Origin: an uncultured bacterium
Lineage (GTDB): Bacteria > Chlamydiota > Chlamydiia > Chlamydiales > Parachlamydiaceae
Reading direction: 5' to 3'
DNA: 64,000 bases
NCBI GenBank assembly: GCA_964390695.1
Contig: CAYMKI010000002.1
Span: forward strand, 6,716-70,715
The notes beneath the pieces were generated by a model. That model worked only from the letters and a program-made list of their open reading frames with translations. It did no database searches and was not told where the DNA came from. Below are positions 37,989 through 46,670 of this stretch, one piece after another. How positions within the stretch are numbered: position 1 is the first letter of the stretch; each line of letters starts with the position of its first letter. The position numbers were made by a program, and so were the translations under genes.

Positions 37989-39479
37989 TCAAAATGGCGT
38001 TTCAAAATCATCTTTGGGCAATTCCGAAGTAGGATCTTTGTAGCGGCTCGTTCCAAACTCTTGTCTTTTGGTTGTGGTCATTGGTGTTGAGTCGCTGATC
38101 CATTCGGTGAACTTGGTGTACTTGCCGATGAACTTCTGTTTTGCGGTGCCGGTTGAGCCTGCTCGGTGTTTTTCTATGATTGCTTCGCAGAGTCCATGTG
38201 TGGAATATCCATCTTCATCCTGAGTGATTTTATAGTACTCGGGCCGGTATAGGAACATAACCACGTCAGCTTCTTGCTCAATAGATCCTGACTCACGTAA
38301 ATCACTTAGCTGCGGTCTTTTTACTCCACCCCTTGTCTCCACTGATCTGCTAAGTTGTGAAAGTGCGATAACTGGAATGTCTAATTCCTTAGCAATTCCT
38401 TTCAATGTTCGAGTGATTGATCCTATCTCTTGATCCCGAGTTATCTGCCTGCCAGTTTCATTCACCCCTTTTATTAATTGTAAATAGTCAATGATAAGAA
38501 GTTTGATTCCATACTTAGTCTTCATTCTCATGGCGCGAGCACGAAGCTCAATGATAGTCAGGAATGGACTATCGTCAATATGCAAAGGAAGACTGGCAAT
38601 TTTTCCAATAAATTCATTCAATCTATCTTGTTCGTATCTGTCTAAAATACCCTTCTTTATTTTTTCTGAATCAATCTCTGCCTCGGATGCAGAAATTCTT
38701 TCAACAAGTTCCAAATCTCCCATCTCAAGACTAAATACACCAACCGGATTTCCTGCCTTTGCAACATTAACCCCTGCTTGCATGGCAAAAGAAGTCTTTC
38801 CCATGCCCGGGCGTGCCGCAATTATTATCAGGTGAGTTCGAACAAATCCATTTAGAATCCTGTCTACCTCAAGAAAACCACTTGGAACACCCATGGTAAC
38901 CCCAGACTGCCTTGATTTTATCTCGTTCGATAAGGCATAGCATATATCCACAATCGACTTATCTCCTTTCGCGCTGATCGCATGGTCCTGAATCTCTTGC
39001 AGGCGGAGGTTTGTTTTGGCTACAATTTCAAAAACATCTGAGGTATCTTCGTAGGAATCTTGGTGCACCTCGGATGCCATTTGGATCATCTCGCGTTTCA
39101 TGGCCATCTCGACTAGGATTGCCGAGTGATAAGCGATGTTTGCGGCTGAACTAACCTTTGAAACAAGTTCAGCTATGTAATAAGCCCCTCCAACAAGTTC
39201 TAACTTACCATTCTTCTTGAGACGAGCCACAACTGTTCGCATGTCAATAGGATTGGCCTCTGAAAATAACTGCTGAATTGCCTCGTAAATTGTCGCATGT
39301 TGTTCCTTGTAGAACATTTCCTTGCGAAGAACTGAAGCTACGTCAATGATTGCGTTCTTCTCGCACATTATTGCCCCAAGAACTGCTTCTTCCACGTCTG
39401 TTGCCTGCGGTGGAACCTTGCCCAGCGTTGATGCCAAGTCAGTGACGTACTTAACCGGATAGTTTTTTCGTTCGCTCAT
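37989..39479 (-). CDS. dnaB: replicative DNA helicase (DnaB family)
   Basis: 496 aa; LIIIAARPGMGKTSFAM Walker A; LLIIDYLQL; SQLSRSVE; typical DnaB N-terminal domain. Confidence 0.9.
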   Translation of the reverse strand: MSERKNYPVKYVTDLASTLGKVPPQATDVEEAVLGAIMCEKNAIIDVASVLRKEMFYKEQHATIYEAIQQLFSEANPIDMRTVVARLKKNGKLELVGGAYYIAELVSKVSSAANIAYHSAILVEMAMKREMIQMASEVHQDSYEDTSDVFEIVAKTNLRLQEIQDHAISAKGDKSIVDICYALSNEIKSRQSGVTMGVPSGFLEVDRILNGFVRTHLIIIAARPGMGKTSFAMQAGVNVAKAGNPVGVFSLEMGDLELVERISASEAEIDSEKIKKGILDRYEQDRLNEFIGKIASLPLHIDDSPFLTIIELRARAMRMKTKYGIKLLIIDYLQLIKGVNETGRQITRDQEIGSITRTLKGIAKELDIPVIALSQLSRSVETRGGVKRPQLSDLRESGSIEQEADVVMFLYRPEYYKITQDEDGYSTHGLCEAIIEKHRAGSTGTAKQKFIGKYTKFTEWISDSTPMTTTKRQEFGTSRYKDPTSELPKDDFETPF

Positions 39480-40363
39480 CTGTCCTTCGGAATAAAGTAC
39501 TTGGTTTCTTCTGTTTTGTTGAATTTGCTCTCACTCCACGATTTTAGCCTGGCCGCAAGGTCCCAGTGCTCTTCATCCTCCCATCGGAGTTTGGTTGGAA
39601 CCGGTTTGTTCTCCGGTTGCGACCAGTGGCGATAGAACGAGTTGAGAATATCTCTTGGGTATTTGTCCACGTAGGCAGCCAGAAGTGTCGTTAACTCGCC
39701 TTTCTTATCCGATATTGACTTCAATTCGGTCAGGTAGCATGGTATCTTGTCAAAGTTGTTGTTTGCCCACTTTTTGAGACGAAGGTTCAAGTCCCATGCC
39801 TTGGAGTCTCTTTCCTTCTCAAACAGCATATTCAATGCCTTTTTGCCTGATGGCTGCGACCAGTAGGCCACAAAGTTTTCAAGCATCTGACCAGTGTACG
39901 TATCTTTTCCGAATTCAAAAACTTCTTTTTGAAACGACTCTTTTCTAATCAATAATTCATTAACACTTTCATTTTCATCTTCATTTCCCATAAGGTTACC
40001 CTTATGGTTATCCGATAGGTTATTTTTAGGTTTTACTTTAGGTTTACCACTAGCTTTCTCATCTTTTGGCCTACCCCCTAAATTTCCGTTTAATCGCCTA
40101 CTTTCAGTAAATCTGTTCCTTTTTTCGGTTTCCTGCTCTAATCTATCATTGTACCAAAGCCCATCTTGATCTATGCTAAATTTGGATTTTAGGCTATCCG
40201 AAACAGAACCTAAAATAAACCTAATGGTTTCCTCGCTCATCCTACCTTGTTGGTGCATGAGGCATAGTATTGTAATGTACTTTCCACGGTCCTCCCAGTT
40301 AAGCGTAGCCACGCCAGTGTAGAAGTCTTGAGAGTAGAACAGAAATGCCGGATCTTTTGCCAT
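39476..40363 (-). CDS. DUF1376 (YdaU-like) replication-associated protein
   Basis: AFLFYSQDFYTGVATLNWEDRGKYITILCLMHQQG at the N-terminus. Coupled to dnaB. Confidence 0.65.
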   Translation of the reverse strand: MAKDPAFLFYSQDFYTGVATLNWEDRGKYITILCLMHQQGRMSEETIRFILGSVSDSLKSKFSIDQDGLWYNDRLEQETEKRNRFTESRRLNGNLGGRPKDEKASGKPKVKPKNNLSDNHKGNLMGNEDENESVNELLIRKESFQKEVFEFGKDTYTGQMLENFVAYWSQPSGKKALNMLFEKERDSKAWDLNLRLKKWANNNFDKIPCYLTELKSISDKKGELTTLLAAYVDKYPRDILNSFYRHWSQPENKPVPTKLRWEDEEHWDLAARLKSWSESKFNKTEETKYFIPKDR

Positions 40364-40365
40364 AA

Positions 40366-40824
40366 TTAAAATCCTTCGTTAGATAATTTGTAACCAGAAA
40401 TCCTGTTAAACTTCAACCCATCAAAAGAATAGTTATATGTATAAAGGCTTAAATTAAAATCTTCGGAAGAAACTACGTCAGGCACAAAAACAAAATGATT
40501 AGTACGATCAACCTCATATCCTACTAATGCCAAATTAATAATAACTGAACCTCTATTATTAAAGTATCTTTTTATGCCCTTGCAGTACTTTATCCCCTGT
40601 AAAAAAGTGCTAATATTTATGACATCCTTCTTCAATTCATAAACGGTTATTTGCAAAGTATCAAACCTTGGAATCCTTTCAACGGTAACTAAATCACATA
40701 TCCCATAATTACCAATTCTAACCTGCCTTCTTTTAATACCGGAAATATCTAACCCACGGTGCTCAAGCAATTCATTGTCAGTTTCGAATATGATGTCCTC
40801 TAAGTTCTTCTCTAAAAAGTTCAT
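40366..40824 (-). CDS. hypothetical protein, possible PD-(D/E)xK-type nuclease
   Basis: GICDLV...ITVYELKKD spacing resembles a D...ExK motif (weak). Confidence 0.35.
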   Translation of the reverse strand: MNFLEKNLEDIIFETDNELLEHRGLDISGIKRRQVRIGNYGICDLVTVERIPRFDTLQITVYELKKDVINISTFLQGIKYCKGIKRYFNNRGSVIINLALVGYEVDRTNHFVFVPDVVSSEDFNLSLYTYNYSFDGLKFNRISGYKLSNEGF

Positions 40825-40897
40825 AAAATAGGGGTCTAGGCATAGGAAAAGTAATCCAGTTCACCGCATTTTATTGCAGCAAACTGGACTGGGGAGT

Positions 40898-41632
40898 TTA
40901 GGAAATACTGATCACCGAACAATCAAAACCGATAGCCTTGAAGGCTTCTACTTCCTTGTCAAACAAGGAGTCTCTATCGGTTCTGGTCAGGTGGAATAAC
41001 TCATCGCTGTAAAGGAAGAAGTCAACTTGTGTGGACTTTGGATCGAGTCCTATGCTCACTGTAAACTCTCGCTTCTGGTAGCCCTTGTAGATGGGTATGG
41101 ATAAGGTAAATTCCTTCACCAGATCAATTTCACCGACTTTGCGCTCCAACTGAGACAAAGAATTGCCGGAGTTGTCGTTGTGCTGTTTAATGACCAATTC
41201 TACGTTTACATTCCACTTCTGCAGGCTGGCGATCAACTTGGAGTGCACAGATGGGTCTTTGAAGAAGTACTTGCGCTCGCGCACGAACTTTAAGAACTCG
41301 GCAACGTTCCATCGCTTTTCGGTATTGATCGACCAAGCGGCAAGGTCTTCGCTTGGCTTTAGCTGGCCAACTATTTGAACCGGTGACTTCTCGGATCTTT
41401 CATTCAAGTTGAGAGTCAATTTGTTGCCATCTCGGTCAATGAGAAGATGGGCAACAGCCTTATCAAATCTCTCTACCTTGCCTTTTAAAAAATCTACCGG
41501 GGCAGAAAGCACACCAACAATATTGATAGGCTTATCGTAAATCACCTTTTCGGCTTCACCAAAAAGGATATTGTGAACTCCTGGTGCCGTTATAGTGAGG
41601 CCCACTTCTTTAATTTCTTCTGGTTTTTTCAT
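40898..41632 (-). CDS. hypothetical protein
   Basis: 244-aa ORF. Confidence 0.5.
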   Translation of the reverse strand: MKKPEEIKEVGLTITAPGVHNILFGEAEKVIYDKPINIVGVLSAPVDFLKGKVERFDKAVAHLLIDRDGNKLTLNLNERSEKSPVQIVGQLKPSEDLAAWSINTEKRWNVAEFLKFVRERKYFFKDPSVHSKLIASLQKWNVNVELVIKQHNDNSGNSLSQLERKVGEIDLVKEFTLSIPIYKGYQKREFTVSIGLDPKSTQVDFFLYSDELFHLTRTDRDSLFDKEVEAFKAIGFDCSVISIS

Positions 41633-41634
41633 GA

Positions 41635-42054
41635 TTATTGTGCTTGTTTAAGTTCGCGCATGATTGTGTACTGCCGCTCCTCTGGAAGCATTGGTCGGCT
41701 GTTTACTACGGTGCCGTCCGGAGCCACAAAGTGCATGGCATGATTCTCGTAATCGGGAATCTTGTGGGTTGGGCCAGTAACCTCAGTAGCCTTCAATTTG
41801 ATGGCTTTAAGGTTTTCGGAGAACGATTTTGTCAAAGGATCAATCTTGTCTTTGTAATCCTTTTTCACCTGAGCTAACTCATCTTCTAATACTGATTTTT
41901 GCATAGCTGCCTGTGCTAAATCTTCTCGTTTGATGTTTAACTCTTCTTCGGTTAGCGGTTTCATGTACGTGAGGTCCTTGACCTCCGTAGAGTAAGAGGC
42001 TATAAAGTCCGCTCTTTCTGGCTCGCTCATTTTTGACAAATCAAAAATATTCAT
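41635..42054 (-). CDS. hypothetical coiled-coil protein
   Basis: Start refined to MNIFDLSKMSEPE (42054). Confidence 0.5.
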   Translation of the reverse strand: MNIFDLSKMSEPERADFIASYSTEVKDLTYMKPLTEEELNIKREDLAQAAMQKSVLEDELAQVKKDYKDKIDPLTKSFSENLKAIKLKATEVTGPTHKIPDYENHAMHFVAPDGTVVNSRPMLPEERQYTIMRELKQAQ

Positions 42055-42086
42055 AAGATTAAAATTGGTTTCAACTAAAAAAGTAT

Positions 42087-42190
42087 CCCGCCACACACGA
42101 ACTAAAGACGCGAATCAAATGTCAAAGCAAAAGCCTTGAAATGTTGGTGTGTGGACGGGAATGTTTTTAATGTCTCTCATTTGATTCGCG
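42087..42190 (-). promoter_or_regulatory. two interleaved inverted repeats (A-B-A'-B') ending in a U-tract: pseudoknot or attenuator-like RNA element
   Basis: A 42178-42190 / A' 42109-42121 give a perfect 13 bp. B 42146-42159 / B' 42087-42099 give 12 bp with one bulge. A T-run follows on the reverse strand (42077-42082). Confidence 0.55.
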
Positions 42191-42228
42191 ATGGCAAACA
42201 TACAAAAAAATCTATCTAAACAAAATTT

Positions 42229-42435
42229 TTAATCATCATCATCTTCTTCGCCTGCTTCATAGTCTGGCTCGTATTCAATTTCATTCTCCGTGCCGCAGTG
42301 AGGGCAAATTTCTGTGTGTATGTCCTCTGCGCAGTTCTCGTTTATGCAGGCTTGGATAACCGGCACCATTGGGTAAGGATTGCTTGGCAGTCCATCTGGG
42401 CTGTCGTAGCTGACTCGGTTTGAATGCTTTGCCAT
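42229..42435 (-). CDS. small zinc-ribbon protein with a poly-acidic tail
   Basis: CINENC...CPHCG and the C-terminal EAGEEDDDD. Confidence 0.5.
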   Translation of the reverse strand: MAKHSNRVSYDSPDGLPSNPYPMVPVIQACINENCAEDIHTEICPHCGTENEIEYEPDYEAGEEDDDD

Positions 42436-42452
42436 AAATATTGGGGGTTAAG

Positions 42453-42478
42453 GCGTGGCGCTCAAAAGAGCACCACGC
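42453..42478 (-). promoter_or_regulatory. stable stem-loop without a U-tract in an intergenic leader
   Basis: Reverse strand GCGTGGTGCTC-TTTT-GAGCGCCACGC, followed by the CTTAACCCCC leader. Confidence 0.5.
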
Positions 42479-42488
42479 TAAAACAAAT

Positions 42489-43004
42489 TTATTCCTTTAC
42501 TTCCCAATCTTCTGCAAAACAATCAGAAGAAGAGGGAACCCATGAATCAGCCCTGCCCTCTGAATTTACAATCAGCATTTGGTTGGCATAGTTGATCGCT
42601 TGGTTTCTTTCCAACATCACATCTTTAGCTGATTGAGGAAGTGATTGCATCTTAGGAATAATATCAGTTCCTATGACGGCAGGTATTTGTTTTACAATAA
42701 ACATTCCCTTTCCGTTCCATCCAGAACGGTGAACTAATTTGCCTTCTTTTAAGGCTTCAATTGCTTGTCCAAAATTCATTGCTTTCTTGTTTGGTTGGTA
42801 CGCCATCCCGCGCTTTAGTTTATTTCTATGGTACTCAATAATCTCATTCAAACAGGTATCGCACTGAGTTTTGCAAAGATGTTTTGGCCAATGCTTTTTT
42901 AGCGTTCCATTGTATTCAGCGTATTGCTTGCATCGAAATGGGGGCCTAGGTAACTCTTCAGGCTCTTCGATTAAGTCAAATGGATTTATAAACCGACTGG
43001 CCAT
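42489..43004 (-). CDS. DUF2829 (Tad2-family) domain protein with a Cys-rich N-terminal extension
   Basis: MNFGQAIEALKEGKLVHRSGWNGKGMFIV ... WVPSSSDCFAEDWEV matches the DUF2829 pattern. The ~75-aa N-terminal part has CxxxC/CxxC. Confidence 0.7.
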   Translation of the reverse strand: MASRFINPFDLIEEPEELPRPPFRCKQYAEYNGTLKKHWPKHLCKTQCDTCLNEIIEYHRNKLKRGMAYQPNKKAMNFGQAIEALKEGKLVHRSGWNGKGMFIVKQIPAVIGTDIIPKMQSLPQSAKDVMLERNQAINYANQMLIVNSEGRADSWVPSSSDCFAEDWEVKE

Positions 43005-43007
43005 GGC

Positions 43008-43316
43008 TCATTTCCTTTTCTTCTTCTTAGGCGTGAAATTAGTCCCTCTCTTTCGCCTGAATGGCAAGTTGTCAACGAGCACGTACTCTGACTTTCCGTT
43101 TGTCTTCCAGGTTTTGTAACCGCGATGCAGCATGATTTTATCATATTCGGAAAGTTTTTCGTAGGCTTTCTGGAGGTTGACATCTATGGTTTTAAGTTCC
43201 TCTTCTTTGGAGAGGGGAGTTGCCGGGATAACCTGAGCATCCATTTGAGCAAGAGCTTTGGCGGCTGCAATACCGGCGCCACCATCTCCAATTACAATTA
43301 CTTTTGATTTTTCCAT
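43008..43316 (-). CDS. small protein with an isolated GxGxxG dinucleotide-binding-like motif and a poly-basic tail
   Basis: KVIVIGDGGAGIAAAKALA at the N-terminus; ends PKKKKRK. Too short (102 aa) for a full Rossmann enzyme. Confidence 0.4.
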   Translation of the reverse strand: MEKSKVIVIGDGGAGIAAAKALAQMDAQVIPATPLSKEEELKTIDVNLQKAYEKLSEYDKIMLHRGYKTWKTNGKSEYVLVDNLPFRRKRGTNFTPKKKKRK

Positions 43317-43318
43317 GG

Positions 43319-43570
43319 CTATATTGTTCTATCTTGGATACCCATCACTACATATCCTTCTTCAATCCCAAAATTGCCACCTTGAAGAATGTAAGTAACG
43401 CGAGCATAAACTTCTTCTCCAGTGTATTCCTTTTTTTCTGGATCGTACTCTTGAAGCAACAAAGTATCGCCAACTTTAAAATCTCTATCGGCTTTTCTGA
43501 CTTCAAAGTTTTTGTTTCCATCAATTATAGCCAAATAGTACTTTGGCCATGTTTTTAATTCGTGTATCAT
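43319..43570 (-). CDS. ASCH-like (DUF3850) domain protein
   Basis: HELKTWPKYYLAIIDGNKNFEVRKADRDFKVGDTLLLQEYD...YTGEE. Confidence 0.65.
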   Translation of the reverse strand: MIHELKTWPKYYLAIIDGNKNFEVRKADRDFKVGDTLLLQEYDPEKKEYTGEEVYARVTYILQGGNFGIEEGYVVMGIQDRTI

Positions 43571-43577
43571 TTGTTAT

Positions 43578-44654
43578 CTACTTAATGTTATCAATACAAA
43601 TTTTACGTACTTCCTTCAAATATATGAGTACCTTATCCGCTGCGGCCTTACCTTTTTTGGATTTGAAGTGAGTCCAGATAAGTACATTGTCAGCGAGCAA
43701 GTGTTCATACAAAGCCTGTTCTACAAATTGAAATTTAGCCTTGTCTGATCCCGCCAGAAGAGCCTCTTCTGCCTCCTCTTTCGCTTTTCGCTCTGCTTCC
43801 AGTTTATCTTCAGCATCTTTCTTGGCTTTTGCCTCGGCTTCAATACGTGCGTTTTCAGCCGCTTCTTTTTTAGCTTGCTCTAAGTTCTCCAATCGAATTT
43901 TCTCTTGGTGCTCGGCTTCCTTGGCATCTTCAATGGCTTTTTTCTCCGCTTCCAGTTTATCTTGTTCGGCTTTCAGTTTGGCGGCAGCCTCAGCATTTGC
44001 CTGTTCAATCTTTTTTTGCTCTGCCCGGAATGCGGCCTGCTCTTCTTCAAACTTTTTGCGTTCGGCTTCTTGGGCTTTTTGTCTTGCAGCCTCTTCTCGC
44101 TGGGCCTGTAATTCGGCCTCTCTTTCAGCCATGCGCTTTTCCAATTCAATTCGGTGAAGTTCTTTGGCTTCTTGCAACGTTGTTGCAAATTGCTCGTCCG
44201 TCAATCCTTTGAGCGTGTGGAAGTCAATTGCGTAATCAACCTCATTCAACTGATCGAGCATGGCTTGGATACGGTCGGACTCCTTTTTTTCGGCTTCCAG
44301 GCGGAGGCGTTCTTTCTCGGCATAGTAATCATCTTCCAGTCCGGAAAGAATGTCTTCCGTGGGCTCAATGAGTGCCACAAGGGTCTTTTCTCTTTCAATC
44401 ACTGCCTTTTGGAACTTAACTGCAGACTCGCGCAGGTTTTCGGAGGCTTTTTTGATCTTCACCCGTTGGCTTTTGAGAGCTTTACGTGCATTCTCGACTG
44501 TTTTCAGTCCGGCTTTGTCTTCTTGCCCGGCAATTTTGAGGTTTTTGTAGGCATCACGAAGAGCGGTTAAGCCAGCCTCGGTGATTTCGAAGTCTGTTTC
44601 GAATCGCTTTAACTCGCTTGAGATAAAATCTTGTTTGATGGGGGTTGTTTCCAT
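43578..44654 (-). CDS. Glu/Ala/Lys-rich coiled-coil protein (DUF1351-like N-terminus?)
   Basis: Start refined to METTPIKQ (44654). The long EAK low-complexity region generates spurious ORFs in other frames. Confidence 0.55.
   Translation of the reverse strand: METTPIKQDFISSELKRFETDFEITEAGLTALRDAYKNLKIAGQEDKAGLKTVENARKALKSQRVKIKKASENLRESAVKFQKAVIEREKTLVALIEPTEDILSGLEDDYYAEKERLRLEAEKKESDRIQAMLDQLNEVDYAIDFHTLKGLTDEQFATTLQEAKELHRIELEKRMAEREAELQAQREEAARQKAQEAERKKFEEEQAAFRAEQKKIEQANAEAAAKLKAEQDKLEAEKKAIEDAKEAEHQEKIRLENLEQAKKEAAENARIEAEAKAKKDAEDKLEAERKAKEEAEEALLAGSDKAKFQFVEQALYEHLLADNVLIWTHFKSKKGKAAADKVLIYLKEVRKICIDNIK
44172..44188. promoter_or_regulatory. intragenic copy of the palindrome TTGCAAC-N3-GTTGCAA
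   Basis: TTGCAACGTTGTTGCAA inside the coiled-coil gene. No -7 box at the expected offset. Confidence 0.5.
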
Positions 44655-44680
44655 GGTTATTTTAAGTTGTTGATTTCGGT

Positions 44681-44717
44681 AAAAAAGTAGGGGTGCCGCT
44701 AACCAAAACAGCACCCC
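44681..44717 (-). terminator. intrinsic terminator
   Basis: Reverse strand GGGGTGCTG-loop-CGGCACCCC followed by TACTTTTTT. Confidence 0.7.
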
Positions 44718-44766
44718 TCAGAAGCATGACAACAACTGTATGAGGCTGTAAAGGTAAGCATTGTTT

Positions 44767-45015
44767 TTAATTTTTCAATCCCTGACGCAGCATGTAACGC
44801 AATTCTTGTTCGCGTTTTCTTTCTAGTTTTAGGTATTCTACATAAACGTCAATTTTAGCCTGATCGGGAGGATCTATCGAATCACCGGTTTCAGCCAGTA
44901 GCAAATCTTGAACGTACCTCAGTTCTGATTTAATTTTCTCTTCATGCTCGCGAACCCTTTGCTCATACTCCCTCACATGGAGGAAGTCATTGAGCATTCG
45001 TAGGAATTTTTTCAT
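44767..45015 (-). CDS. hypothetical small coiled-coil protein
   Basis: 82-aa ORF. Confidence 0.5.
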   Translation of the reverse strand: MKKFLRMLNDFLHVREYEQRVREHEEKIKSELRYVQDLLLAETGDSIDPPDQAKIDVYVEYLKLERKREQELRYMLRQGLKN

Positions 45016-46007
45016 GGCTTTACATTTCTTTCAAGTGTGGCAATAACATCTCCTTTCTTAATCAGCAGGTATTTTTTGCCTGCAAGTTCTATCTCCTGAC
45101 GGTCGGACTGACCAAAGATAACCGTAGTGCCAGGATTAAATTCGCTGTCGCCTTCGTGCACAACTACACCTTTTTTGGTCATTTTCTTTTTCATGAATAT
45201 GCCGGAAACAGTTGAATCCGGTTCATCGAGTGCGGAAACCAGCATGTGCCCTCTGATCGGGGTGAACTCGCCATCTACCTCTTTGGCAACAATATGGCGC
45301 TGGCGGATGGCAAAGTACTCGGTATTCTCAATCTTGTTGATCCAGTCTGCATTCCTGCGGTACCATATCTTTTGACCCACCTCTACCTCAACTTTGTCTC
45401 CAATCAGTGGACTTCCAATGTGCCGGACAAAGCCTACCAAGAACTTGTACTCGGGCTGCACCTTGCGCTGGATCCATTGATCTTTGGGTTTGGGGATTAG
45501 ATTGCCGTCCGCATCCTTTAGGTTGGTCATAACTGGCAACAGGATATCATCCCACGTCTCAAAATCGGGGTCAATTAGAACATACGAACCGATCGGAATG
45601 ATTACGCCATCCCGGACGGCACAGATAATCTGCTCGTAGCTTACCTTAAAATACCATGTTTTGTTGGGGTGCACACCTTCTTCTTTGACAAGGTTGCGCA
45701 TCATCATGGTGTTAAAATGGAAGTATATGCGGCTACCGACCTGCACTTCTTGGACTACATCAGAAGTGTACTTGTAATCAAATGGGCTGCTATCTGCCGG
45801 TGCCGGGCTGCCACGGTGCTCTTGCATGAATGGCTTTCTTGTTAACTGGAGCGGTAGCGAAACTACTTCTCCGTAGGTCCTAACATGCCTCTGAGGGTCA
45901 AATTTAGGGTCGAGGAATATCTCCTTCCCGTCTACACCTTTAAAGCTCGCTTTATCATTGAAGAGCGCATCGGTTTTAAATATGAGATAGTTAGCAAATG
46001 GCTTCAT
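45012..46007 (-). CDS. hypothetical protein with up to three GroES-like beta-barrel repeats
   Basis: YGEVVSLP...VGSRIYF; VGFVRHIGSP...VGQKIWY; KGVVVHEGDSEFNPGTTVIFG...KKYLLIKKGDVIATLE. Confidence 0.45.
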   Translation of the reverse strand: MKPFANYLIFKTDALFNDKASFKGVDGKEIFLDPKFDPQRHVRTYGEVVSLPLQLTRKPFMQEHRGSPAPADSSPFDYKYTSDVVQEVQVGSRIYFHFNTMMMRNLVKEEGVHPNKTWYFKVSYEQIICAVRDGVIIPIGSYVLIDPDFETWDDILLPVMTNLKDADGNLIPKPKDQWIQRKVQPEYKFLVGFVRHIGSPLIGDKVEVEVGQKIWYRRNADWINKIENTEYFAIRQRHIVAKEVDGEFTPIRGHMLVSALDEPDSTVSGIFMKKKMTKKGVVVHEGDSEFNPGTTVIFGQSDRQEIELAGKKYLLIKKGDVIATLERNVKP

Positions 46008-46558
46008 ACATACTTAAATTTAAATCTTTGCTCCGTGGATTGGACTCCATTTCGGTACAAAAAAATTTTGTACACTGTTCTTTTTATATTTCTATGATTT
46101 AAAAAATCAATAATAGAATCAAATGTAATCTCGGAATTTAAATCAAATACCTTTTTTGCCATAGGATGATTTCCTTTTGTAGGATGATATCTACGATTGT
46201 TTATTTCGGCATGATTTATATTTTCTTTTGCTGTACACCATTCTAAATTGTCAACATTGTTATTTAATTTGTTGCAATCCTTATGATTAACAAAAGGTTT
46301 GTTCTCAGGATTAGGTATAAAAGCAATAGCAACTAATCTGTGGGCTAAAAAAGTATATCGAACCGAATTATCTTGTAATCCTATAATTCGATACCCATTC
46401 CATATTAAACTACCAACAATTTGTTTTCCTACCCAAACCTGTTTCCTTCCATTTTTTCTAATAATGGTTCTGTTGATTGATTTTACAACTCCCTTATTTG
46501 ATACTAAATAGCTTTTTTCAAACCCAACAACTGGTCTCCAAATTTCCTGATCTTCCAT
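46004..46558 (-). CDS. HNH homing endonuclease (NUMOD4 + HNH)
   Basis: Start refined to MEDQEIWRPVVGFEKSYLVSNKG (46558); HRLVAIAFIPNPENKPFVNHKDCNKLNNNVDNLEWCT. Confidence 0.8.
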   Translation of the reverse strand: MEDQEIWRPVVGFEKSYLVSNKGVVKSINRTIIRKNGRKQVWVGKQIVGSLIWNGYRIIGLQDNSVRYTFLAHRLVAIAFIPNPENKPFVNHKDCNKLNNNVDNLEWCTAKENINHAEINNRRYHPTKGNHPMAKKVFDLNSEITFDSIIDFLNHRNIKRTVYKIFLYRNGVQSTEQRFKFKYV

Positions 46559-46670
46559 AAAAAAAGTATCCCGATCAAACAAGGCTTGTCCACCGCTGAG
46601 AATCAGCATGAGGCATGTAAGACCGGGAATATTTTTAATGTTTTCATAGTGAACAAGCATCACAAAGATA

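Noticed and set aside
43741-44570. Seven overlapping ORFs in several frames and on both strands inside the coiled-coil gene
   Set aside because: The Glu/Ala/Lys low-complexity coding region (GAA/GCN/AAG repeats) leaves other frames open by composition. The translations are poly-Ser/Ala/Phe/Leu strings.
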